From the NCBI RefSeq assembly GCF_009914755.1, contig NC_060928.1: a DNA stretch of 64,000 nt, one strand, 5' to 3'. The translations under genes and the position numbers were made by a program. This stretch comes from the human T2T-CHM13v2.0 reference genome, Homo sapiens. The notes beneath the pieces were generated by a model, which was not told the DNA's origin, did no database searches, and saw only the letters and a list, made by a program, of their open reading frames with translations. This document shows, one piece after another, positions 23,673-35,900 of the stretch; the first letter of the stretch is position 1; the number at the start of each line of letters is the position of its first letter.

Positions 23673-26600
23673 GATTCTCAGAAACTTATTTGTGATGTGT
23701 GTCCTAAACGAACACAGTTGAACCTTTGTTTTGATACAGCATTTTGGAAACACTCCTTTTGTAGGATCTGCAGGTGGATATTTGGATAGATTTTAAGATT
23801 TCGTTGGAAACGGGAGTTTCTTCATAGAAACTCAAGACAGATGCATTCTCAGAAACATCTCTGTGATGTTTGCATTCCACTCATAGAGTTGAAAACTTCC
23901 TTTCATAGAGCAGGTTTGAAACACTCTTTTTGTAATATTTGGAAGTGGACATTTGCAGCGCTTTGAGGCCTATGGTGAAAAAGGAAATATCTTCTCATAA
24001 AAACCAGAAACAAGCATTCTCAGAAACTTCTTTTTGATGTGTGTACTCAAGTAACAGAGTTGAACCTTCCTTTTGACACAGCAGTTTTGAAACAATCTTT
24101 TTGTAGAATCTGCAAGTGGATATTTGGATAGCTTTGAGGATTTCGTTGGAAACGGGATATCTTCATATAAAATCTAGACAGAAGCATTCTCAGAAACTTC
24201 TTTGTGCTGTATGTCCTCAATTAACAGAGTTGAACCATTGCTTGGATACAGCATTTTGGAAACATTCCTTGAGTAGAATCTGCAAGTTGATATTTAGATA
24301 GATTTGAAGATTTCGTTGGAAAAGGGAATATCTCCATATAAAATCTAGAGGGAAGCATTCTCAGAAACTGCTTTGTGATGTTTCCATTCAAGTCACAGAG
24401 TTGAATATTCCCTTTTATAGAGCACGTTTGAAACACTCTTTCTGCACTATCTGGAAGTGGACATTTCGAGCGCTTTGAGGCCTATGGTGAAAAAGGAAAT
24501 ATCTTCCCATAAAAATTAGACAGAAGCATTCTCAGAAACTTGTTTGTGATGTGTGTATTCAACTAACAGAGTTGAACTTTTGTTTTTACAGAGCCGTTTT
24601 AAAACACTCTTTTTGTGGAATCAGAAAGTGGATATTCGGATGGCTCTGAGGATTTCGTTGGAAGCGGGATTACATATAAAATCTAGAGAGAAGCATTCTC
24701 AGGAACTTCTTTGTGATGTTTGCATTGAAGTCACAGAATTGAACATTCACTTTGATAGAGCAGGTTTGAAACACTCATTCTGTAGTATCTGGAAGTGGAC
24801 ATTTCAAGCGCTTTCAGGCCTATGGTGAAAAAGGAAATATCTTCGAATAAAAACTAGACAGAAGCATCCTCAGAAACTTATTTGTGATGTGTGTCCTCAA
24901 CTAACAGAGTTGAAACTTTGTTTTGATACAGCATTTTGGAAACACTCCTTTTGTAGAATCTGCAGGTGGATATGTGGATAGCTCTGAAGATTTCGTTGGA
25001 AACGGGAATTTCTTCATATAAAATCAAACAGAAGCATTCTCAGAAACTTCTCAGTGATGTTTGCATTCAGCTCATGGAGTTGAACACTTCCTTTCATAGA
25101 GCCGATTTGAAACACTCTTTCTGCACTACCTGGAAGAGGCCATTTCGAGCGCTTTGAGTCCTATGGTGAAAAAGGAAATATCTTCTCATAAAAACCAGAA
25201 AGAAGCATTCTCAGAAACTTCTTTGTGTTGTGTGTACTCATGTAACAGTGTTGAACCATCCTTTTGACAGAGCAGTTTTGAAACACTCTTTTTGTAGAAT
25301 CTGCAAGTGGATATTTGGATAGCTTTGAGGATTTCGTTGGAAACGGGATGACATATAATATCTAGAGAGAAGCATTCTCAGGAACTTCTTTGTGCTGTTT
25401 GCATTCAAGTCACAGAATTGAACATTCCCTTTCATAGAGCAGATTTGAAACACTCTTTCTCTAGTATCTGGAAGTGGGCATTTCAAGCGCTTTCAGGCCT
25501 ATTGAGAGAAAGGAAATACCTTCAAATAAAAACTAGACAGAAGCATTCTCAGAAACTTATTTGTGATGTGTGTCCTCAACTAACAGAGTTGAACCTTTGT
25601 TTTGATACAGCATTTTGGAAACACTCCTTTTGTAGAATCTGCAGGTGGATATTTGGATAGCTTTGAAGATTTCGTTGGAAACCGGAATATCTTCATATAA
25701 AATCAAGACAGAAGCATTCTCGGAAACATCTCTGTGATGTTTGCATTCAACTCAGTAGAGTTGAACACTTCCTTTCATAGAGCCGGTTTGAAACACTCTT
25801 TCTGCACTACCTGGAAGCGGACATTTCGAGCGCTTTGAGGCCTATGGTGAAAAAGGAAATATCTTCTCATAAAAACCAGAAAGAAGCATTCTCAGAAACT
25901 TCTTTGTGTTGTGTGTACTCAAGTAACAGTGTTGAACCTTCCTTTTGACACAGCAGTTTTGAAACACTCTTTTGGTAGAATCTGCAAGTGGATATTTGGA
26001 TAGCTTTGAGGATTTCGTTGGAAACGGGTTATCTTCATATAAAATCCAGACAGGAGCATTCTCAGAAACTTCTTTGTGCTGCATGTCCTCAATTCACAGA
26101 GCTGAACCTTTGTTTGGATACAGCATTTTGGAAACATTCCTTTAGTAGAATCTGCAAGTTGATATTTAGATAGCTTTGAAGATTTCGTTGGAAACGGGAA
26201 TATCTTCATAGAAAATCTAGACGGAAGCATTCTCAGAAACTGCTTTGTGATGTTTGCATTCAAGTCACAGAGTTGAATATTCCCTTTTATAGAGTAGGTT
26301 TGAAACACTCTTTCGGCACTACCTGGAAGTGGATATTTCGAGCTCTTTGAGGCCTATGGTTAAAAGGAAATATCTTCCCATAAAAACTAGACAGAAGCCG
26401 TCTCAGAAACTTGTTTGTGATGTGTGTATTCAACTAACAGAGTTGAACATTTCTGTTACAGAGCAATTTTAAAACACTCTTTTTGTGGAATCTGAAAGTG
26501 GATAATTGGATAGCTTTGTGGATTTCGTTGGAAACGGGATGACGTATAAAATCTAGATTGAAGCATTCTCAGGAACTTCTTTCTGATGTTTGCATTCAAG

Positions 26601-26734
26601 TCACAGAATTGAACATTCCTTTTCATAGTGCAGGTTTGAAACACTCTTTCTGTAGTATCTGGAAGTGGACATTTCAAGCGCTTTCAGGCCTACGGGGAGA
26701 AAGGAAATATCTTCAAATAAAAACTAGATAGAAG
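23673..26734 (+). repeat. HOR unit 7, 18-mer variant (m8/m9 fused), 3062 bp
   Basis: Anchor spacing 24116 to 27178 is 3062 = 3232 - 170. The monomer at 24865 starts as m8 (CATCCTC, GAAACTTTG) and ends as m9 (GATATGTGG, GCTCTGAAG). Confidence 0.93.
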
Positions 26735-29700
26735 GATTCTCAGAAACTTATTTGTGATGTGTGTCCTAAACGAACACAGTTGAACCTTTGTTTTGATACA
26801 GCATTTTGGAAACACTCCTTTTGTAGGATCTGCAGGTGGATATTTGGATAGATTTTAAGATTTCGTTGGAAACGGGAGTTTCTTCATAGAAACTCAAGAC
26901 AGATGCATTCTCAGAAACATCTCTGTGATGTTTGCATTCCACTCATAGAGTTGAAAACTTCCTTTCATAGAGCAGGTTTGAAACACTCTTTTTGTAATAT
27001 TTGGAAGTGGACATTTGCAGCGCTTTGAGGCCTATGGTGAAAAAGGAAATATCTTCTCATAAAAACCAGAAACAAGCATTCTCAGAAACTTCTTTTTGAT
27101 GTGTGTACTCAAGTAACAGAGTTGAACCTTCCTTTTGACACAGCAGTTTTGAAACAATCTTTTTGTAGAATCTGCAAGTGGATATTTGGATAGCTTTGAG
27201 GATTTCGTTGGAAACGGGATATCTTCATATAAAATCTAGACAGAAGCATTCTCAGAAACTTCTTTGTGCTGTATGTCCTCAATTAACAGAGTTGAACCAT
27301 TGCTTGGATACAGCATTTTGGAAACATTCCTTGAGTAGAATCTGCAAGTTGATATTTAGATAGATTTGAAGATTTCGTTGGAAAAGGGAATATCTCCATA
27401 TAAAATCTAGAGGGAAGCATTCTCAGAAACTGCTTTGTGATGTTTCCATTCAAGTCACAGAGTTGAATATTCCCTTTTATAGAGCACGTTTGAAACACTC
27501 TTTCTGCACTATCTGGAAGTGGACATTTCGAGCGCTTTGAGGCCTATGGTGAAAAAGGAAATATCTTCCCATAAAAACTAGACAGAAGCATTCTCAGAAA
27601 CTTGTTTGTGATGTGTGTATTCAACTAACAGAGTTGAACTTTTGTTTTTACAGAGCCGTTTTAAAACACTCTTTTTGTGGAATCAGAAAGTGGATATTCG
27701 GATGGCTCTGAGGATTTCGTTGGAAGCGGGATTACATATAAAATCTAGAGAGAAGCATTCTCAGGAACTTCTTTGTGATGTTTGCATTGAAGTCACAGAA
27801 TTGAACATTCACTTTGATAGAGCAGGTTTGAAACACTCATTCTGTAGTATCTGGAAGTGGACATTTCAAGCGCTTTCAGGCCTATGGTGAGAAAGGAAAT
27901 ATCTTCGAATAAAAACTAGACAGAAGCATCCTCAGAAACTTATTTGTGATGTGTGTCCTCAACTAACAGAGTTGAAACTTTGTTTTGATACAGCATTTTG
28001 GAAACACTCTTTTTGTAGAATCTGCAGGTGGATATTTGGATAGCTTAGAGGGATTCGTTGGAAAGGGGATATCTTCATATAAAATCTAGACAGAAGCATT
28101 CTCAGAAACTTATTTGTGATGTGTGTCCTCAACTAACAGAGTTGAACCTTGGTTTTGATACAGCATTTTGGAAACGCTCCTTTTGTAGAATCTGCAGGTG
28201 GATATGTGGATAGCTCTGAAGATTTCGTTGGAAACGGGAATTTCTTCATATAAAATCAAACAGAAGCATTCTCAGAAACTTCTCAGTGATGTTTGCATTC
28301 AGCTCATGGAGTTGAACACTTCCTTTCATAGAGCCGGTTTGAAACACTCTTTCTGCACTACCTGGAAGAGGACATTTCGAGCGCTTTGAGTCCTATGGTG
28401 AAAAAGGAAATATCTTCTCATAAAAACCAGAAAGAAGCATTCTCAGAAACTTCTTTGTGTTGTGTGTACTCATGTAACAGTGTTGAACCATCCTTTTGAC
28501 AGAGCAGTTTTGAAACACTCTTTTTGTAGAATCTGCAAGTGGATATTTGGATAGCTTTGAGGATTTCGTTGGAAACGGGATGACATATAATATCTAGAGA
28601 GAAGCATACTCAGGAACTTCTTTGTGATGTTTGCATTCAAGTCACAGAATTGAACATTCCCTTTCATAGAGCAGGTTTGAAACACTCTTTCTCTAGTATC
28701 TGGAAGTGGGCATTTCAAGCGCTTTCAGGCCTATGGAGAGAAAGGAAATACCTTCAAATAAAAACTAGACAGAAGCATTCTCAGAAACTTATTTGTGATG
28801 TGTGTCCTCAACTAACAGAGTTGAACCTTTGTTTTGATACAGCATTTTGGAAACACTCCTTTTGTAGAATCTGCAGGTGGATATTTGGATAACTTTGAAG
28901 ATTTCGTTGGAAACCGGAATATCTTCATATAAAATCAAGACAGAAGCATTCTCGGAAACATCTCTGTGATGTTTGCATTCAACTCAGTAGAGTTGAACAC
29001 TTCCTTTCATAGAGCAGGTTTGAAACACTCTTTCTGCACTACCTGGAAGCGGACATTTCGAGCGCTTTGAGGCCTATGGTGAAAAAGGAAATATCTTCTC
29101 ATAAAAACCAGAAAGAAGCATTCTCAGAAACTTCTTTGTGTTGTGTGTACTCAAGTAACAGTGTTGAACCTTCCTTTTGACACAGCAGTTTTGAAACACT
29201 CTTTTGGTAGAATCTGCAAGTGGATATTTGGATAGCTTTGAGGATTTCGTTGGAAACGGGTTATCTTCATATAAAATCCAGACAGGAGCATTCTCAGAAA
29301 CTTCTTTGTGCTGCATGTCCTCAATTCACAGAGCTGAACCTTTGTTTGGATACAGCATTTTGGAAACATTCCTTTAGTAGAATCTGCAAGTTGATATTTA
29401 GATAGCTTTGAAGATTTCGTTGGAAACGGGAATATCTTCATAAAAATCTAGACGGAAGCATTCTCAGAAACTGCTTTGTGATGTTTGCATTCAAGTCACA
29501 GAGTTGAATATTCCCTTTTATAGAGTAGGTTTGAAACACTCTTTCGGCACTACCTGGAAGTGGATATTTCGAGCTCTTTGAGGCCTATGGTTAAAAGGAA
29601 ATATCTTCCCATAAAAACTAGACAGAAGCCGTCTCAGAAACTTGTTTGTGATGTGTGTATTCAACTACCAGAGTTGAACATTTCTGTTACAGAGCAATTT

Positions 29701-29965
29701 TAAAACACTCTTTTTGTGGAATCTGAAAGTGGATAATTGGATAGCTTTGTGGATTTCGTTGGAAACGGGATGACGTATAAAATCTAGAGAGAAGCATTCT
29801 CAGGAACTTCTTTCTGATGTTTGCATTCAAGTCACAGAATTGAACATTCCTTTTCATAGTGCAGGTTTGAAACACTCTTTCTGTAGTATCTGGAAGTGGA
29901 CATTTCAAGCGCTTTCAGGCCTACGGGGAGAAAGGAAATATCTTCAAATAAAAACTAGACAGAAG
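26735..29965 (+). repeat. HOR unit 8, 19-mer with a 1-bp deletion (3231 bp)
   Basis: Anchor spacing 27178 to 30409 is 3231. It reads CTTCATAAAAATCTAG near 29442 versus CTTCATAGAAAATCTAG in other units. Confidence 0.9.
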
Positions 29966-32900
29966 GATTCTCAGAAACTTATTTGTGATGTGTGTCCTAA
30001 ACGAACACAGTTGAACCTTTGTTTTGATACAGCATTTTGGAAACACTCCTTTTGTAGGATCTGCAGGTGGATATTTGGATAGATTTTAAGATTTCGTTGG
30101 AAACGGGAGTTTCTTCATAGAAACTCAAGACAGATGCATTCTCAGAAACATCTCTGTGATGTTTGCATTCCACTCATAGAGTTGAAAACTTCCTTTCATA
30201 GAGCAGGTTTGAAACACTCTTTTTGTAATATTTGGAAGTGGACATTTGCAGCGCTTTGAGGCCTATGGTGAAAAAGGAAATATCTTCTCATAAAAACCAG
30301 AAACAAGCATTCTCAGAAACTTCTTTTTGATGTGTGTACTCAAGTAACAGAGTTGAACCTTCCTTTTGACACAGCAGTTTTGAAACAATCTTTTTGTAGA
30401 ATCTGCAAGTGGATATTTGGATAGCTTTGAGGATTTCGTTGGAAACGGGATATCTTCATATAAAATCTAGACAGAAGCATTCTCAGAAACTTCTTTGTGC
30501 TGTATGTCCTCAATTAACAGAGTTGAACCATTGCTTGGATACAGCATTTTGGAAACATTCCTTGAGTAGAATCTGCAAGTTGATATTTAGATAGATTTGA
30601 AGATTTCGTTGGAAAAGGGAATATCTCCATATAAAATCTAGAGGGAAGCATTCTCAGAAACTGCTTTGTGATGTTTCCATTCAAGTCACAGAGTTGAATA
30701 TTCCCTTTTATAGAGCACGTTTGAAACACTCTTTCTGCACTATCTGGAAGTGGACATTTCGAGCGCTTTGAGGCCTATGGTGAAAAAGGAAATATCTTCC
30801 CATAAAAACTAGACAGAAGCATTCTCAGAAACTTGTTTGTGATGTGTGTATTCAACTAACAGAGTTGAACTTTTGTTTTTACAGAGCCGTTTTAAAACAC
30901 TCTTTTTGTGGAATCAGAAAGTGGATATTCGGATGGCTCTGAGGATTTCGTTGGAAGCGGGATTACATATAAAATCTAGAGAGAAGCATTCTCAGGAACT
31001 TCTTTGTGATGTTTGCATTGAAGTCACAGAATTGAACATTCACTTTGATAGAGCAGGTTTGAAACACTCATTCTGTAGTATCTGGAAGTGGACATTTCAA
31101 GCGCTTTCAGGCCTATGGTGAGAAAGGAAATATCTTCGAATAAAAACTAGACAGAAGCATCCTCAGAAACTTATTTGTGATGTGTGTCCTCAACTAACAG
31201 AGTTGAAACTTTGTTTTGATACAGCATTTTGGAAACACTCTTTTTGTAGAATCTGCAGGTGGATATTTGGATAGCTTAGAGGGATTCGTTGGAAAGGGGA
31301 TATCTTCATATAAAATCTAGACAGAAGCATTCTCAGAAACTTATTTGTGATGTGTGTCCTCAACTAACAGAGTTGAACCTTGGTTTTGATACAGCATTTT
31401 GGAAACACTCCTTTTGTAGAATCTGCAGGTGGATATGTGGATAGCTCTGAAGATTTCGTTGGAAACGGGAATTTCTTCATATAAAATCAAACAGAAGCAT
31501 TCTCAGAAACTTCTCAGTGATGTTTGCATTCAGCTCATGGAGTTGAACACTTCCTTTCATAGAGCCGGTTTGAAACACTCTTTCTGCACTACCTGGAAGA
31601 GGCCATTTCGAGCGCTTTGAGTCCTATGGTGAAAAAGGAAATATCTTCTCATAAAAACCAGAAAGAAGCATTCTCAGAAACTTCTTTGTGTTGTGTGTAC
31701 TCATGTAACAGTGTTGAACCATCCTTTTGACAGAGCAGTTTTGAAACACTCTTTTTGTAGAATCTGCAAGTGGATATTTGGATAGCTTTGAGGATTTCGT
31801 TGGAAACGGGATGACATATAATATCTAGAGAGAAGCATTCTCAGGAACTTCTTTGTGATGTTTGCATTCAAGTCACAGAATTGAACATTCCCTTTCATAG
31901 AGCAGGTTTGAAACACTCTTTCTCTAGTATCTGGAAGTGGGCATTTCAAGCGCTTTCAGGCCTATGGAGAGAAAGGAAATACCTTCAAATAAAAACTAGA
32001 CAGAAGCATTCTCAGAAACTTATTTGTGATGTGTGTCCTCAACTAACAGAGTTGAACCTTTGTTTTGATACAGCATTTTGGAAACACTCCTTTTGTAGAA
32101 TCTGCAGGTGGATATTTGGATAACTTTGAAGATTTCGTTGGAAACCGGAATATCTTCATATAAAATCAAGACAGAAGCATTCTCGGAAACATCTCTGTGA
32201 TGTTTGCATTCAACTCAGTAGAGTTGAACACTTCCTTTCATAGAGCAGGTTTGAAACACTCTTTCTGCACTACCTGGAAGCGGACATTTCGAGCGCTTTG
32301 AGGCCTATGGTGAAAAAGGAAATAGCTTCTCATAAAAACCAGAAAGAAGCATTCTCAGAAACTTCTTTGTGTTGTGTGTACTCAAGTAACAGTGTTGAAC
32401 CTTCCTTTTGACACAGCAGTTTTGAAACACTCTTTTGGTAGAATCTGCAAGTGGATATTTGGATAGCTTTGAGGATTTCGTTGGAAACGGGTTATCTTCA
32501 TATAAAATCCAGACAGGAGCATTCTCAGAAACTTCTTTGTGCTGCATGTCCTCAATTCACAGAGCTGAACCTTTGTTTGGATACAGCATTTTGGAAACAT
32601 TCCTTTAGTAGAATCTGCAAGTTGATATTTAGATAGCTTTGAAGATTTCGTTGGAAACGGGAATATCTTCATAGAAAATCTAGACGGAAGCATTCTCAGA
32701 AACTGCTTTGTGATGTTTGCATTCAAGTCACAGAGTTGAATATTCCCTTTTATAGAGTAGGTTTGAAACACTCTTTCGGCACTACCTGGAAGTGGATATT
32801 TCGAGCTCTTTGAGGCCTATGGTTAAAAGGAAATATCTTCCCATAAAAACTAGACAGAAGCCGTCTCAGAAACTTGTTTGTGATGTGTGTATTCAACTAA

Positions 32901-35900
32901 CAGAGTTGAACATTTCTGTTACAGAGCAATTTTAAAACACTCTTTTTGTGGAATCTGAAAGTGGATAATTGGATAGCTTTGTGGATTTCGTTGGAAACGG
33001 GATGACGTATAAAATCTAGAGAGAAGCATTCTCAGGAACTTCTTTCTGATGTTTGCATTCAAGTCACAGAATTGAACATTCCTTTTCATAGTGCAGGTTT
33101 GAAACACTCTTTCTGTAGTATCTGGAAGTGGACATTTCAAGCGCTTTCAGGCCTACGGGGAGAAAGGAAATATCTTCAAATAAAAACTAGACAGAAGGAT
33201 TCTCAGAAACTTATTTGTGATGTGTGTCCTAAACGAACACAGTTGAACCTTTGTTTAGATACAGCATTTTGGAAACACTCCTTTTGTAGGATCTGCAGGT
33301 GGATATTTGGATAGATTTTAAGATTTCGTTGGAAACGGGAGTTTCTTCATAGAAACTCAAGACAGATGCATTCTCAGAAACAACTCTGTGATGTTTGCAT
33401 TCCACTCATAGAGTTGAAAACTTCCTTTCATAGAGCAGGTTTGAAACACTCTTTTTGTAATATTTGGAAGTGGACATTTGCAGCGCTTTGAGGCCTATGG
33501 TGAAAAAGGAAATATCTTCTCATAAAAACCAGAAACAAGCATTCTCAGAAACTTCTTTTTGATGTGTGTACTCAAGTAACAGAGTTGAACCTTCCTTTTG
33601 ACACAGCAGTTTTGAAACAATCTTTTTGTAGAATCTGCAAGTGGATATTTGGATAGCTTTGAGGATTTCGTTGGAAACGGGATATCTTCATATAAAATCT
33701 AGACAGAAGCTTTCTCAGAAACTTCTTTGTGCTGTATGTCCTCAATTAACAGATTTGAACCATTGCTTGGATACAGCATTTTGGAAACATTCCTTGAGTA
33801 GAATCTGCAAGTTGATATTTAGGTAGATTTGAAGATTTCGTTGGAAAAGGGAATATCTCCATAGAAAATCTAGAGGGAAGCATTCTCAGAAACTGCTTTG
33901 TGATGTTTCCATTCAAGTCACAGAGTTGAATATTCCCTTTTATAGAGCACGTTTGAAACACTCTTTCTGCACTATCTGGAAGTGGACATTTCGAGCGCTT
34001 TGAGGCCTATGGTGAAAAAGGAAATATCTTCCCATAAAAACTAGACAGAAGCATTCTCAGAAACTTGTTTGTGATGTGTGTATTCAACTAACAGAGTTGA
34101 ACTTTTGTTTTTACAGAGCCGTTTTAAAACACTCTTTTTGTGGAATCAGAAAGTGGATATTCGGATGGCTCTGAGGATTTCGTTGGAAGCGGGATTACAT
34201 ATAAAATCTAGAGAGAAGCATTCTCAGGAACTTCTTTGTGATGTTTGCATTGAAGTCACAGAATTGAACATTCACTTTGATAGAGCAGGTTTGAAACACT
34301 CATTCTGTAGTATCTGGAAGTGGACATTTCAAGCGCTTTCAGGCCTATGGTGAGAAAGGAAATATCTTCGAATAAAAACTAGACAGAAGCATCCTCAGAA
34401 ACTTATTTGTGATGTGTGTCCTCAACTAACAGAGTTGAAACTTTGTTTTGATACAGCATTTTGGAAACACTCTTTTTGTAGAATCTGCAGGTGGATATTT
34501 GGATAGCTTAGAGGGATTCGTTGGAAAGGGGATATCTTCATATAAAATCTAGACAGAAGCATTCTCAGAAACTTATTTGTGATGTGTGTCCTCAACTAAC
34601 AGAGTTGAACCTTGGTTTTGATACAGCATTTTGGAAACACTCCTTTTGTAGAATCTGCAGGTGGATATGTGGATAGCTCTGAAGATTTCGTTGGAAACGG
34701 GAATTTCTTCATATAAAATCAAACAGAAGCATTCTCAGAAACTTCTCAGTGATGTTTGCATTCAGCTCATGGAGTTGAACACTTCCTTTCATAGAGCCGG
34801 TTTGAAACACTCTTTCTGCACTACCTGGAAGAGGACATTTCGAGCGCTTTGAGTCCTATGGTGAAAAAGGAAATATCTTCTCATAAAAACCAGAAAGAAG
34901 CATTCTCAGAAACTTCTTTGTGTTGTGTGTACTCATGTAACAGTGTTGAACCATCCTTTTGACAGAGCAGTTTTGAAACACTCTTTTTGTAGAATCTGCA
35001 AGTGGATATTTGGATAGCTTTGAGGATTTCGTTGGAAACGGGATGACATATAATATCTAGAGAGAAGCATTCTCAGGAACTTCTTTGTGATGTTTGCATT
35101 CAAGTCACAGAATTGAACATTCCCTTTCATAGAGCAGGTTTGAAACACTCTTTCTCTAGTATCTGGAAGTGGGCATTTCAAGCGCTTTCAGGCCTATGGA
35201 GAGAAAGGAAATACCTTCAAATAAAAACTAGACAGAAGCATTCTCAGAAACTTATTTGTGATGTGTGTCCTCAACTAACAGAGTTGAACCTTTGTTTTGA
35301 TACAGCATTTTGGAAACACTCCTTTTGTAGAATCTGCAGGTGGATATTTGGATAACTTTGAAGATTTCGTTGGAAACCGGAATATCTTCATATAAAATCA
35401 AGACAGAAGCATTCTCGGAAACATCTCTGTGATGTTTGCATTCAACTCAGTAGAGTTGAACACTTCCTTTCATAGAGCAGGTTTGAAACACTCTTTCTGC
35501 ACTACCTGGAAGCGGACATTTCGAGCGCTTTGAGGCCTATGGTGAAAAAGGAAATATCTTCTCATAAAAACCAGAAAGAAGCATTCTCAGAAACTTCTTT
35601 GTGTTGTGTGTACTCAAGTAACAGTGTTGAACCTTCCTTTTGACACAGCAGTTTTGAAACACTCTTTTGGTAGAATCTGCAAGTGGATATTTGGATAGCT
35701 TTGAGGATTTCGTTGGAAACGGGTTATCTTCATATAAAATCCAGACAGGAGCATTCTCAGAAACTTCTTTGTGCTGCATGTCCTCAATTCACAGAGCTGA
35801 ACCTTTGTTTGGATACAGCATTTTGGAAACATTCCTTTAGTAGAATCTGCAAGTTGATATTTAGATAGCTTTGAAGATTTCGTTGGAAACGGGAATATCT

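Noticed and set aside
26551-26730. Private changes in unit 7 (CTAGATTGAAG, ACTAGATAG) and other singleton SNVs
   Set aside because: They are isolated substitutions that do not affect CENP-B boxes and cannot be told apart from background mutation or error.
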